DNA from: an uncultured delta proteobacterium
GTDB taxonomy: Bacteria > Myxococcota_A > Polyangia > Polyangiales > Polyangiaceae
Reading direction: 5' to 3'
DNA length: 64,000 bases
Assembly: GCA_963850305.1 (NCBI GenBank)
Contig: CAWKKR010000008.1
Span: 1,728,001 to 1,792,000 of the forward strand
Shown piece after piece: positions 53,554 to 64,000 of the stretch. A program made the translations under genes and the position numbers. Position 1 is the first letter of the stretch. Each line of letters opens with the position of its first letter. The notes beneath the pieces were generated by a model. The model did not search any database and was not told the origin of the DNA. It saw nothing but the letters and a program-made list of their open reading frames with translations.

Positions 53554-55097
53554 ATGAACACAGGCAAGCTCGCAATCGTTTCTCTGGTCGGTGCGACGAT
53601 GCTCGGAGTGATCTCCGCGAGAGCGCAGACCGCTCCTGCACCAGCTTCGCCGACGGACACGCCTCCGTCCGCCGAAAAGATCGCCGTGCCCCCGTTGCAG
53701 GATCGCGGCACGCCGGTTCTGGAGGGCCTCCAGCCCGAGCCCGGCGGTCTCACTTCTGCGGAGGTCGCGCGCCGCGCCCTCGCGGTGAGTCCATCGGTGA
53801 AGGAGAAGCGGGCCCAGGTGGCGGCTGCGAACGAGAAGATCGACCAGACGATGATCCAATTTTTCCCGAAGCTCACGGTCGACGCCGGGTACACGCGCGT
53901 GTCGAACGTGGTGACCAGCTTCGGCGGGCTCGTCGCTGCGACGAACGCCGGGCCACTGAGGGTCGGGAATGGCAACTCCATCGTCGACTCGGGCTCTCAA
54001 CCGGTGACGGCGGTCCCCTTCGTCATTCCGACGGTCGAGAACCAATGGTCGCTCGAGGGCCATCTCTCGATCCCGGTCTCGGACTACATCCTCCGAGTTG
54101 CGGACGCGGCCGCATCGTCGAAAGCGGGTCGCGAATCGGCGCGGATCGAGGTCGCCGCGGAGAAGCTCAAAGTCGCCGCCGATGCCGAGAAACTCTACTT
54201 CAACTGGCTCCGCGCCCGCGGCCAGGTTGCGATCTCCAGGGCGGCCGTGGAGCGCTCGCGCGCTCGTCTGCAGGATGCGCGCGCCACCTTCGCGGTCGGC
54301 TCGATATCGAAGGCCGACCTGCTCCGAATCGAAGCGCTCGTCGCCAATACCGAGCTCACTCTCAACGACGCGGAGTCGAACGCTTCCCTCACGACCGGTC
54401 AGCTCGCGATCGTGATGGAGGACTGGCACCCGAACTACCGCGTCGGTGAAGGGATCCCCGAGCCGCGGCCCACTCCGGAAGGCGACGTCTCGCTCAATCT
54501 GCTGATTCACGAAGCGCAGGCCCACCGGCTCGAAATGCTCGCGGTGGAAAGTGCTATCAGCGCCAACTCGCACGGCGCAAGTGCGACGCGTTCCGGCGCC
54601 CTACCGCGAATCGACGCCTTCGGCGACGGGTTCTACGCGAATCCGAATCCACGCTATTTCCCCCGCAGGCCGACTGGCACCTGACCTGGGATGTTGGAGT
54701 TCGTGCGAGCTGGACGATCAACGATACGTTCCAGAATTCCTCGGCGGCGCGTGAGATTGACGCCGCGACGAATGTGCTCATTCAACAGCGCACGGAGCTG
54801 CGCGCGGCGATAGCCTCGGAGGTGCTGAACGCCTACCTCGATCTTTCGCGCGCGCACGCCGCCGTGGAAAAGCAAAAGGCCGCGCTCGCCTCCGCCGAGG
54901 AGGGCTACCGCGTGACGACGGATCTGTTCCGAGCCGGTCGCGCGACGAGCACTGACGTGATCGAGGCCGAGTCGCAGCTGCTCGAGGCCAAGCTGGGCGA
55001 CGTCAACGACCGCATCGATCTTGCCGTCGCGGAGATCGCGCTCCGTCATGCGACGGCGCGCGACGTGCCGGCGCAGCCGCTCGAGGCGCGGGAATAG
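53554..55097 (+). CDS. TolC family outer membrane protein, frameshift in C-run near 54660-54665
   Basis: Signal peptide, FPKLTVDAGY, FAVGSISKADLL and FRAGRATSTDV. Confidence 0.85.
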
Positions 55098-55156
55098 AGT
55101 CACGAATAGGTCGCGCGCGGGTGCCACCGTCCGCTCGGCGTCGGGTATGATGTGTC

Positions 55157-55561
55157 GTGCGCTACGCGTTCGGCGAATTCGAGCTGGACCCGTCTGCCTA
55201 CGTGCTGACATGCCGGGGCACGACCCTCGCCTTGCAGCCGAAGGTATTCGAGCTGATCTCGCTCCTGGTCGAAAATCGCCACCGCGTGGTCGCCAAGGAA
55301 GAGCTGCTCGCGGCCCTCTGGCCAGACGTTCACGTCAGCGAGTCGGCGCTGGCGTGGTGCGTCAGCCAGGCGCGCAGGGTCCTCGACGAGAGCGGCGGGG
55401 AATCGTCGATCAAGACCGCACACCGCCGGGGGTACCGCTTCGACGCCCAGGTGACGATCCGCGGTGAGCTGAAGACGTTACGACCGTCCACCCAACGGCA
55501 GTTCTTCGGGCGGGACGAAACGATGGCCGCGCTGCGAAAAATCCGGACGCTACTCTGCTAG
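55157..55561 (+). pseudogene. OmpR/CadC-type winged-helix regulator truncated at the start of its AAA domain
   Basis: YAFGEFELD...LQPKVFELI...KEELLAALWP...IKTAHRRGYRF, then FFGRDETMAALR and a stop. Confidence 0.7.
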
Positions 55562-55809
55562 AGCAGCACGATTGCGACACGGGTCAAGAGTGCGTCCCGA
55601 CGTTGAAGGCCGAGAACCTGAACTCCTGCTTCTCGAGATGCACGTCGTCTTCGCTCAGCGCGTCCGGCGCGTGCGTGCCAACCTTCGTGGTGCGGGATCT
55701 GAGTCCTCTCTACGTCTCGTTTCTCGCCAACGACGGATGCGGCGCCGGGAACCTGTGCGCTCCCTGCATCGACCCGACGACTCAGAGCCCCAGTCACGCG
55801 TGTGATTAG
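55537..55809 (+). pseudogene. C-terminal fragment of a Cys-rich protein
   Basis: Frame 1 reads NPDATLLEQHDCDTGQECVP...GNLCAPCIDP...ACD* with no proper start or signal peptide. Confidence 0.5.
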
Positions 55810-55983
55810 CCGACGTTGGACGCCGTGGCCAGATTCAAGCCGGGGCCGCCAGGGTCGGGCGAATGACGCCCCTGCAACGAAGTTGCGACGCTCGCCGCGC
55901 ATTCCGGTCGACGAGCGCGGAGCCCGACCCCGGATAGCCGCTTCTCACAAGCGACCGGGAATCGGCTAGGCTGTCGCCCCAAG

Positions 55984-57432
55984 ATGCTTCGAATCCACCG
56001 GGGTCCGGGACCTCACGCGCGACGGCTTCTTTCGAGCTTCCTCGTACCGGGGGTGTTGGGGCTCGCCGCATGCTCGTCGAGTAGCGGCGGCAAGAAGACA
56101 CCCGTGACCGCGGATGCCGGACCCGACGGCGGTGCGCCAGCGTGCGGCGAGTCGCTCGCGACACAGCGGACCGCCTGCACGTTTGCTTCTGGCGCGCTGC
56201 CTAAGGACACGCTCGGCGACTGCGCGACGAAGCCGATCCCGATCGAGCACATCATCATCGCGATGCAGGAGAACCGCTCCTTCGATCACTACTTCGGACA
56301 TCTCCCCGGACACGGCCAGGACGACGTGGACGTGCCGCCCGCGGACGAGTGGAACCCGAGCCCGCCCGACGCGGGCGTCCCGCCAGCTCCGGTCCCATGG
56401 CATCACGATCAGTCCTACTGTATCGACGACACGGATCACGGCTGGGTGGCGAGTCACGGCCAGTACGACGACGGCAAGAACGACGGGTTCGCACTCACGA
56501 ACGTGATCGCCCAGGATCGCACGGGGCAGCGTGCGCTCGGATACTACGATCAGACGGATATCCCTTTCTATTACAGCCTGGCCTCGACGTTCGCGATATC
56601 GGACCGGTACTTCTGCTCGCTGCTCGGACCGACGTATCCGAACCGGGAGTATCTGCTCGCGGGAACGTCGTTCGGCTCGGTCGCGACGGACGAGGGTCCG
56701 CGAAACGGGCTCGCGCCGGCGGGCGTCCCGAATATCTTCAAGGTGCTCGACGCAGCCGGCATCACGTGGAGGGACTACTACTCGGATCTGCCGGCCGCGT
56801 TCCTCTTCTCGGACTACGAGCCGACAGCGGTGGCCAACGGCAACGTCGTCGACGTGAGCCAGTTCGCGATCGACGCGGCTGCGGGCAACTTGCCCCAGGT
56901 GTCCTTCATCGATCCGACGTTCCTGCCCGTGCCGGACATTCAATCGGAGACCGACGAACACCCGCCTGCGGACATCCAGGTCGGGCAGCATTTCATCTGG
57001 ACGCAAGTCACGGCGCTACTGAGCAGCCCGAACTGGAAGTCGTCGGCAATGTTCATCACGTACGACGAGCACGGCGGAATGTACGACCACGTCCCGCCTC
57101 CCGCCGCTTGCCCGCCCGATGATACGCCACCCGACGAAAACCCCGAAATCGGCGGGTACGACCGGCTCGGGTTCCGTGTGCCCGTGTTCGTCGTTTCCCC
57201 CTACGCCAAGCGCCATTTCGTGTCGCATCAGGTCCACTCGCACACCTCGATTTTGCGGTTCCTCGAGACGAAGTTCAATTTGCCCGCGCTCACCAATCGC
57301 GACGCAAACTCGGACGCCATGTTCGACTTCTTCGATTTCGATTCGCCTCCCGACCTCACGGTGCCAGCTTTCACTGAGCCCGCCGTCGATCCGACGCAGC
57401 TCACCGCCTGCACCACGCCTTCGACCGAGTAG
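55984..57432 (+). CDS. Phosphoesterase family (phospholipase C / acid phosphatase) lipoprotein
   Basis: LAAC lipobox, MQENRSFDHYFG, GPTYPNR, DEHPP, YDEHGGMYDHVPPP and GFRVP. Confidence 0.92.
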   Translation: MLRIHRGPGPHARRLLSSFLVPGVLGLAACSSSSGGKKTPVTADAGPDGGAPACGESLATQRTACTFASGALPKDTLGDCATKPIPIEHIIIAMQENRSFDHYFGHLPGHGQDDVDVPPADEWNPSPPDAGVPPAPVPWHHDQSYCIDDTDHGWVASHGQYDDGKNDGFALTNVIAQDRTGQRALGYYDQTDIPFYYSLASTFAISDRYFCSLLGPTYPNREYLLAGTSFGSVATDEGPRNGLAPAGVPNIFKVLDAAGITWRDYYSDLPAAFLFSDYEPTAVANGNVVDVSQFAIDAAAGNLPQVSFIDPTFLPVPDIQSETDEHPPADIQVGQHFIWTQVTALLSSPNWKSSAMFITYDEHGGMYDHVPPPAACPPDDTPPDENPEIGGYDRLGFRVPVFVVSPYAKRHFVSHQVHSHTSILRFLETKFNLPALTNRDANSDAMFDFFDFDSPPDLTVPAFTEPAVDPTQLTACTTPSTE

Positions 57433-57535
57433 CCTTCTATTTTCGAACGAAGAAATGAGGGATCGTCGCCAGACGGCCTCGCGTGGCGTGCCACGACTCG
57501 TCGCATGGGCTAACCTCGGCGCGTCGCCGGCCCGC

Positions 57536-59212
57536 ATGGATCTCCTTTACTTCATCATCCTGACGAGCTCGCTGATCTTCGTTCACGAGTTCGGTCACTT
57601 CGTGTTCGCGAAGGCGTTCGGCGTGAAGGTGCTCACCTTCAGCCTCGGCTTCGGCCCCAAGATCCTGCGATTTCGGGGGCGCGAGACCGAATACTGCATC
57701 GGGCTTCTTCCTCTCGGCGGGTACGTTTCGATGCTCGAGGAATCGAAAGCAGAAGTGGTTCATCCGGAGGATCGCAACCGGACGTTCGAGTCGCTTCCCG
57801 TCTACAAGCGACTCCTGATCGTCCTTGCCGGACCGGCGATGAACCTCGTTTTCCCGGTACTCCTCTACTTCTCCGTCTTCATTTCATCCGCGACGTTCTT
57901 GCCGCCAACGGTCGGCGTCGTGCTTCCGGGACATCCGGCGGATGGCAAGCTCAAGCCCGGTGACCGGATCATGTCGATCAACGGCGAGGACGTCGGGACG
58001 TTCGACGAGGTGAAACGCATCGTGTCGCGGAGCCCGGGGCACGTGCTCGTGTTCCGGGTTTTTCGTGACGATCACTACGTGGACGTCGATGTCGTGCCGG
58101 AAGAAACGGTGGAACGCCGCGAACTCGACATCAGCGAACGCGTGGGGGCCATCGGGGTTCAACCGAGCGCGCCCGCCGCCGTCATCGGCGTCCCGAGTTC
58201 GGACTCGCCGGCCTACCGCGCGGGGCTCCGCACCTTCGACGTCGTGACGAACGTCTCCGGAAAGCCCATTCGCCGGTTCATGGATCTCGAGGACGTCCTC
58301 GATCAGAACCGTGGCGAAACGGTACCGGTGACGTACATGCGTCCCGTCCCGGTCGCGGGAGCGCTCGGCGGCCTCTCGGACATGGCCGTCTTCGAGACCG
58401 GCGTGGTCGCTCTGACCCCGGACGCATCGGGTGACGATCTGCTCGGTCGTACCGGGATCGAGCTCGCGGACCTTTATGCGTCCACGGTGCCGGAAGAGTC
58501 GTACTTCTACAAGGCCGGGCTCCGCGTGGGCGACAAGGTGCTCGATCTCGACGGCGTGCCGTTGCCTGCGTGGTCCGCATTTCGCGAGCGAATGCTGGCC
58601 GAGCCGGATCGACCGCACCGGATTCAGTACCTTGCCGCGCGCGACGGCAAGGTCCGGTACGGGACGTTCCAGATGCGCCGCGAGGATTTCGTCGATGAGC
58701 ATGGACAGACGTTCGCGCGTTACGTGATGCAGGTTGCGCACTGGGTGCCGCTCGCGCCGGAAGGTCTGGTCGAGCATCCATCGCCGGTGCGGTACGCCTT
58801 CGGGAAAGCCATCGAGGAGACGTCGGACGTCACCCGTTTCATCGTCATCGGCATCGTGCGATTGATCGAAGGACGGCTCAGTCTCGATTCGCTCTCCGGA
58901 CCGATCACCATTTACGAGGTCGCCGGGGAGGAGGGCAGAAAGGGGCCCGACTATTTCGTCTGGGTGATGGCGGTCCTCAGCATCAATCTGGGGTTGTTGA
59001 ATCTACTGCCGATCCCGGTGCTCGATGGCGGGCATCTCGTGTTCTTCGTCGCGGAAGCGGTGATGCGAAGACCACTGCCGCTGCGGTTCCGGGAAGTCGC
59101 GCATATCATCGGCATGGCCGTCGTGGTTGCGTTGATGGCCCTCGCGTTCAAGAACGACGTCGAGAAGCGCTGGGACGTGATCACCGGCCAGGTCCGGGAC
59201 CTTCTCGGGTAG
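57536..59212 (+). CDS. rseP: Site-2 protease RseP with PDZ domains
   Basis: HEFGH, PLGGYV, AGPAMN and NLLPIPVLDGG. Confidence 0.94.
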   Translation: MDLLYFIILTSSLIFVHEFGHFVFAKAFGVKVLTFSLGFGPKILRFRGRETEYCIGLLPLGGYVSMLEESKAEVVHPEDRNRTFESLPVYKRLLIVLAGPAMNLVFPVLLYFSVFISSATFLPPTVGVVLPGHPADGKLKPGDRIMSINGEDVGTFDEVKRIVSRSPGHVLVFRVFRDDHYVDVDVVPEETVERRELDISERVGAIGVQPSAPAAVIGVPSSDSPAYRAGLRTFDVVTNVSGKPIRRFMDLEDVLDQNRGETVPVTYMRPVPVAGALGGLSDMAVFETGVVALTPDASGDDLLGRTGIELADLYASTVPEESYFYKAGLRVGDKVLDLDGVPLPAWSAFRERMLAEPDRPHRIQYLAARDGKVRYGTFQMRREDFVDEHGQTFARYVMQVAHWVPLAPEGLVEHPSPVRYAFGKAIEETSDVTRFIVIGIVRLIEGRLSLDSLSGPITIYEVAGEEGRKGPDYFVWVMAVLSINLGLLNLLPIPVLDGGHLVFFVAEAVMRRPLPLRFREVAHIIGMAVVVALMALAFKNDVEKRWDVITGQVRDLLG

Positions 59213-59217
59213 CCGCC

Positions 59218-60534
59218 TTGGCAAGAAGATCGGACGTCCCTCCGCGTCGCGAACCACCGAACGCGCGCACCGTAGCGGCACGCGTTCTCGAACGCGTGGA
59301 ACGCGACGGCGCGTACGCTGCGGCGGCGCTCGACGCCGAGTTCGAACGAAGCTCGCAGCTCGACGTGCGGGATCGCGCCCTCGCGACGGAGATCGTCTAC
59401 GGCGTGCTTCGCGCGAAGCAATTTCTTTCGACCCGCCTAGCGCAGCAGGCACCCCGCGGACTTCCGGACGACCCGTTGCTCGTCGCGCACCTGCTCGTGG
59501 CGGCGTATCAGGTTCTGTTTCTCGATCGAGTTCCGAGCCACGCCGCGGTCAACGGTGCCGTCTCGGCAATCAAGCTCGCGCGCAGCGAGAGAACGGCGGG
59601 TTTCGCGAACGCGATCCTCCGGAAAGTGGCCGCCGATTCGCGCGAGACCTCGCGCGAGGAAGCGATCCTCGAGAGTGCTCCGCCGTGGCTCGCCGCGGAA
59701 CTCGAGAGCGCGGTCGGTTCCGACGAGGCGCGCGCCCTGCTCGGCGCGGGCGGAGCGGACCCCGGGGGCTCGAGTGTGCGCGTGACCGCCGGCTCGCCGG
59801 GGGAGCTTCTCGCCGATGGCGCACGTGGTCTCGCGTCCCCGCTCGCACGATTGTTACCCCGTGGAGGCGATCTCCGTCGCCGCGACGGTTACGCCGATGG
59901 CACGTTCACCATCCAGGAAGAAGGAGCACAGGTCGTCGCGCTCGCGCTGGGAGCGCGGCCAGGGGAGCACGTTCTCGACGCCTGCGCCGGACGCGGCCAG
60001 AAGACCACGTTGCTCCGCGAACGTGTCGGGCCGGACGCCACGCTCTGGGCAACGGATCTGTATCCCGAGAAGCTTCAGGCTCAGGCCGCGGAATTCGCGC
60101 GGCTGAAGCTACGACCCGCGATCACCAGGGCGGTGGACTATGCCGTTGGAGTCGGTGACGTGCCGGATGGATTCGACCGGGTGCTCGTCGACGCTCCTTG
60201 CACCGGTACCGGCACCCTGCGACGACGGCCCGAGATCGCGCTTCGTCTCCAGCCGGAGGATCCGCGCCGGCTGGGCGCACTCGGGGCCCGCATCCTCGAA
60301 CGCGCTGCGAGCCGGGCAAAGGCCGGCGGTCGCGTCGTCTTCGCCGTGTGCAGCGTGCTCCCGAAGGAGTGCGAGGAAGCCGTGCGGCACGTGCTGCATC
60401 TGCTCGAGCCGGCTCCGTTCGATGCACCCGAGATCGCCCACCTCGTTTCCCCGGAGGCAACGACGCTTCGATTATCGCCGTTGCGCCACGGCACGGACGG
60501 CTTCTTCATCGCCAGCTTTCGGCGCCGGGGCTGA
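59218..60534 (+). CDS. rsmB: 16S rRNA m5C methyltransferase RsmB/Sun (NusB-like N-terminus)
   Basis: TEIVYGVLR, IQEEGAQ, VLDACAGRGQKT and DAPCTGTG. Confidence 0.88.
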   Translation: MARRSDVPPRREPPNARTVAARVLERVERDGAYAAAALDAEFERSSQLDVRDRALATEIVYGVLRAKQFLSTRLAQQAPRGLPDDPLLVAHLLVAAYQVLFLDRVPSHAAVNGAVSAIKLARSERTAGFANAILRKVAADSRETSREEAILESAPPWLAAELESAVGSDEARALLGAGGADPGGSSVRVTAGSPGELLADGARGLASPLARLLPRGGDLRRRDGYADGTFTIQEEGAQVVALALGARPGEHVLDACAGRGQKTTLLRERVGPDATLWATDLYPEKLQAQAAEFARLKLRPAITRAVDYAVGVGDVPDGFDRVLVDAPCTGTGTLRRRPEIALRLQPEDPRRLGALGARILERAASRAKAGGRVVFAVCSVLPKECEEAVRHVLHLLEPAPFDAPEIAHLVSPEATTLRLSPLRHGTDGFFIASFRRRG

Positions 60535-60586
60535 CCGTCGGGCTCCCGCGCTTGCGTTTGCCGCGCGGCCGCGACAAACAGGGGCG

Positions 60587-61372
60587 ATGAAACTCGCTCT
60601 CCACGGCGCCACCGGGCGCATGGGTCGCGCCATCGCATCGCTCTCGCAGGCGGCGAGGGACGTGGCGATCGTCGGTGCGGCGGCGGCCCCCTCGGATCCC
60701 CATCAGGGCAAGGATCTGGGAGAGCTCGCCGGTGTCGGTAGTCTAGGCGTCGCGATCACGGCGGACGTCGCGTCGGCGCTGCTTGGAGCGGAGGTCGCCA
60801 TCGATTTCTCCATCGCCGCCGCGGTGAAGCCGTTTCTCGCCCACGCCGTTCGTCAGGGGGTCCCTGCCGTCATCGGGACCACGAATCTGGACGCGGAGAC
60901 CGTCGGAGCCATCAATCGCGCCGCGGCATCGATTCCGGTCCTCTGGGCCGCGAACATGAGCCTCGGCGTTCAAGTGCTCGCCGAGCTCGTGGAGCACGCG
61001 CTTCGCCGATTGGGTCCGGACTACGACGCGGAGATCGTCGAGATCCATCACAGAAGAAAGGTCGACGCGCCCAGCGGGACGGCGAAGCGGCTCGCCGACG
61101 CGGTGAGAAAGGTCCGCCCCGAGTCCGTCGAGCTCCACGGTCGCGACGGGGAGGTCGGCGCGCGGAAACGAGACGAGCTTGCCGTCTTCGGTGTCCGCGG
61201 GGGCGACGTGGTCGGTGATCACACCGTATTCCTGCTGGGGTCCGGCGAACGCATCGAGCTCGTCCATCGAGCGACGAATCGCGATCTGTTTGCCGCTGGC
61301 GCCCTGCGCGCCGCCCGGTTCCTCGTTGGGAAGAAGCCAGGGCGTTACACCATCGCCGACGTCCTCGGCTGA
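60587..61372 (+). CDS. dapB: 4-hydroxy-tetrahydrodipicolinate reductase
   Basis: GATGRMG, IDFS, NMSLGV, EIHHRRKVDAPSGTA and RGGDVVGDH. Confidence 0.95.
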   Translation: MKLALHGATGRMGRAIASLSQAARDVAIVGAAAAPSDPHQGKDLGELAGVGSLGVAITADVASALLGAEVAIDFSIAAAVKPFLAHAVRQGVPAVIGTTNLDAETVGAINRAAASIPVLWAANMSLGVQVLAELVEHALRRLGPDYDAEIVEIHHRRKVDAPSGTAKRLADAVRKVRPESVELHGRDGEVGARKRDELAVFGVRGGDVVGDHTVFLLGSGERIELVHRATNRDLFAAGALRAARFLVGKKPGRYTIADVLG

Positions 61373-61414
61373 GCGCCAGAGACACCCGGACGGGTGCCCA
61401 GCCGCAGGGGGCGG

Positions 61415-62333
61415 TCAGGCCTTCTGCGCGCCGTCTTCCTTCGGCGGCGCGTCGTCCTCGTCCGGGCCCTCCTCGGGCTCGTCGTCGGCATCCGTGTACC
61501 AGTGCGCCGGAATCCTCTTCTTGAAGCTGACATAGAGCCCGATGTAGCCCGCAACGGCGGGGACGATTGAATAGAATCTGGCCCTCGGTGAGCGGGAGCC
61601 CCACGGCCCATGCCTGGTACTCCTTGAAGTACTCGACGACGAACCTTCCCGTGAAGTAGATGGCGAAGAAGAGCGAGATCATCGCGCCGCGTGGACGGTC
61701 TTCTTCTCCGAGCTTCTTGTCGAAGAGATAGAGCGACCCAAGCACGAACAGACCGAGGGCCACTTCGTAGAGCTGGCTCGGATGGCGGTAGATCGGCGTG
61801 ATCGCATCACGATCGTACCTGGGGAAGAACACGCCCCATGTCTGATCCGTCTTCCGGCCCACGATTTCCGAATTGAACCAATTCCCGATACGGACGAGCG
61901 TCGCGCCGAGCCCCGCGGAATAGGAAAATCTGTCGCACCCTTCGATGAAGGATTGTCTCTTCTTGCGCGTGAAGAGCCACATCGCTACCAGGAGGCCGAT
62001 GGTCCCTCCGTGGCTCGCGAGCCCGCCCTTGTAGATCTGGAAGATGAACAGCGGGTCGCGCAGGAAGTGGTCCCATTCGTAAAGGAACACGTGGCCGCAC
62101 CGCGCGCCGATCAGCGTGCCGAGAACGCCGTAGATGACGAAGTCGCTCGCGTCCTCTTCCGGGCCGCCTGCGCGCTGAATCTGCCAGTCGAGCAGTCGGT
62201 ACCCGCCGAGGAACACGCCGACGTAGAGCAGGCTGTAGTAGCGGATCCCGTCGCCCGGGAGCGGCATCCAGCTCGGGTAGTGGACGATGATCGGATCGAG
62301 GTTCCACGTGAATTTCGGCAAGATGCCCATCAT
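61415..62333 (-). CDS. lgt: Prolipoprotein diacylglyceryl transferase, frameshift near 61573
   Basis: IGARCGHV, GGLASHGG, RIGNWFNSEIVGR, RHPSQLYE and RFVVEYFK, with an acidic tail. Confidence 0.92.
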
Positions 62334-62448
62334 TGCTATCGGGTCTCCGAGCGAGGCATCGGGCCTCGGCGCGTCGTTGTAGTCCGAATCAAAGGCCGGG
62401 TCGACCTGACGTTGACGACCCGGTATCCTCCGGACGACCGAGATCAAA

Positions 62449-64000
62449 ATGACCCAACGAACCCTCCCTCTCCGTGGCGCCGCGAATCCGTCCAGGAACG
62501 GTGACGGCACGAACCCCGGCTCCTTCTCCAACGCGGCCGACGTCGGTTCCAGGCTCGCTTATTCGTCTCCGGACACGCCGGGGATGCCCCTCGCGAGCGA
62601 GAAGACCGCATGGGACTTTCTTCCCGAAGGCTGGCGTCGTGAAGGCGACCGCGCGATCGCAAAATCCGGATTCGTGGCGGTCACGCAGCTCGAGCAGGCT
62701 CGGCTGGGCACCGTCACCGCCGAGATGCGTCGCGTGGCCGAACGCGAGCCGCATCTGACGCCCGAGCAAGTGAGGGTCGAGGTCGCCGCAGGTCGGCTGA
62801 TCATTCCGGCGAACCGGGTGCATCTCTCTTATGACCTCGACGCCACGGGCGTCGGTCGCGCGGCGCGAACGAAGATCAACGCCAACATGGGCGCGTCACC
62901 CGTCGCCAGCGACACTGACGCCGAAGTCGAGAAGCTGCGCTGGGCCGAGCGCTGGGGCGCCGACACCGTCATGGATCTGTCCACCGGCGGCGACGTGGAC
63001 GCCTGTCGCGACGCGATCGTCCGGAACTCGCGCGTGCCCATCGGCACGGTCCCGATCTACTCGATGATCCTCGGACGGCGGATCGAGGATCTGACGGAAA
63101 AGGTGATCCTGGAGTCGATCCTTCATCAGGCGAAGCAAGGCGTGGACTACTTCACGATCCACGCCGGCGTGCTCCGTGAGCACCTGCCATTCGTGAAGCG
63201 GCGGCTCATCGGGATCGTCAGCCGCGGCGGTTCGTTGCTCGCCAAGTGGATGCTCGTCCACGGCAAGCAGAACCCGATGTACACGCACTTCGAGGAAATC
63301 TGCGACATCATGCGCGAGTACGACGTCTCGTTCTCGCTCGGCGACGGGCTCCGCCCCGGCGGGCTCGCCGACGCTTCAGACGACGCGCAGCTCCGCGAAC
63401 TCGACACCCTCGGTGAGCTGACGGAGCGCGCGTGGCGTCGCGGGTGCCAGGTGATGGTCGAAGGGCCCGGCCACGTCCCGTTCGATCAGATCGAGTACAA
63501 CATGAAGCTCCAGCGCCGCGTTTGTCACGGCGCGCCTTTCTACGTGCTCGGACCGCTCGTGACCGACGTGTTCCCCGGCTACGACCACATCACGAGTTCT
63601 ATCGGCGCGACGGCGGCCGCGTATCACGGCGCGAGCCTGCTCTGTTACGTTACCCCGAAGGAGCACGTCGGGCTGCCGAAGAAGGACGACGTGAAGCAGG
63701 GTTGCATCGCGTACAAGATCGCTGCCCACGCCGCGGACGTCGCGCTCGGCATCCCGGGCACGCGGGACTGGGACGACGATCTGACCAAGGCGCGCGCCGC
63801 ACTGAACTGGGAGAAGCACTTCGAGCTCGCGTTCGATGGCGACTACGCGCGCGCGCTCCACGACGAAGACCTGGACGTGGACACGGACTTCTGCGGCATG
63901 TGCGGGCACGACTGGTGCTCGGTCCGCATCTCCAAGGAGATCGTCGAGTTCGCGAGCGGCAAGGCCGAAGGCTTCGAGCGCCTCCGTGTAGAGAAGAGCG
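62449..64000 (+). CDS. thiC: Phosphomethylpyrimidine synthase, 3'-partial
   Basis: Frame 1 is open to the window end: [52 protein letters not shown] and [10 protein letters not shown]. Confidence 0.95.
   Translation, partial: MTQRTLPLRGAANPSRNGDGTNPGSFSNAADVGSRLAYSSPDTPGMPLASEKTAWDFLPEGWRREGDRAIAKSGFVAVTQLEQARLGTVTAEMRRVAEREPHLTPEQVRVEVAAGRLIIPANRVHLSYDLDATGVGRAARTKINANMGASPVASDTDAEVEKLRWAERWGADTVMDLSTGGDVDACRDAIVRNSRVPIGTVPIYSMILGRRIEDLTEKVILESILHQAKQGVDYFTIHAGVLREHLPFVKRRLIGIVSRGGSLLAKWMLVHGKQNPMYTHFEEICDIMREYDVSFSLGDGLRPGGLADASDDAQLRELDTLGELTERAWRRGCQVMVEGPGHVPFDQIEYNMKLQRRVCHGAPFYVLGPLVTDVFPGYDHITSSIGATAAAYHGASLLCYVTPKEHVGLPKKDDVKQGCIAYKIAAHAADVALGIPGTRDWDDDLTKARAALNWEKHFELAFDGDYARALHDEDLDVDTDFCGMCGHDWCSVRISKEIVEFASGKAEGFERLRVEKS

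Overview
GC-rich chromosomal window, most likely from a myxobacterium (Polyangiaceae-like). This is inferred from the Cys-rich Gly/Thr-linker lipoproteins, the long deltaproteobacterial S41 protease and a GH44 plus BY-kinase-like EPS locus. Most of it is housekeeping or metabolic: end of an exopolysaccharide locus, RND efflux pair, DAHP synthase, two ECF sigmas, membrane-anchored OtsA, two acyl-CoA ligases, SahR-like regulator with metH, ClC, nnr, S41 protease, mlaD/mlaF, rhlE, argD, secA, bcp, fabH, TetR-TolC, phosphoesterase, rseP, rsmB, dapB, lgt and a partial thiC. No rRNA, tRNA, CRISPR array, integrase or transposase was recognised. The most unusual part is an accessory patch at about 15.6-18.1 kb. 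It holds a 78-bp palindromic repeat array in frame inside a secreted-protein gene, a non-coding 14 x 22-bp array of GGTGA-N6-TCACC-type boxes, a structured leader, an orphan gene with its own terminator, and two decayed toxin-antitoxin modules on either side. Many conserved genes, especially secA, carry single-base frameshifts that look like assembly errors. All family calls come from motif recognition by eye; no database search was run.
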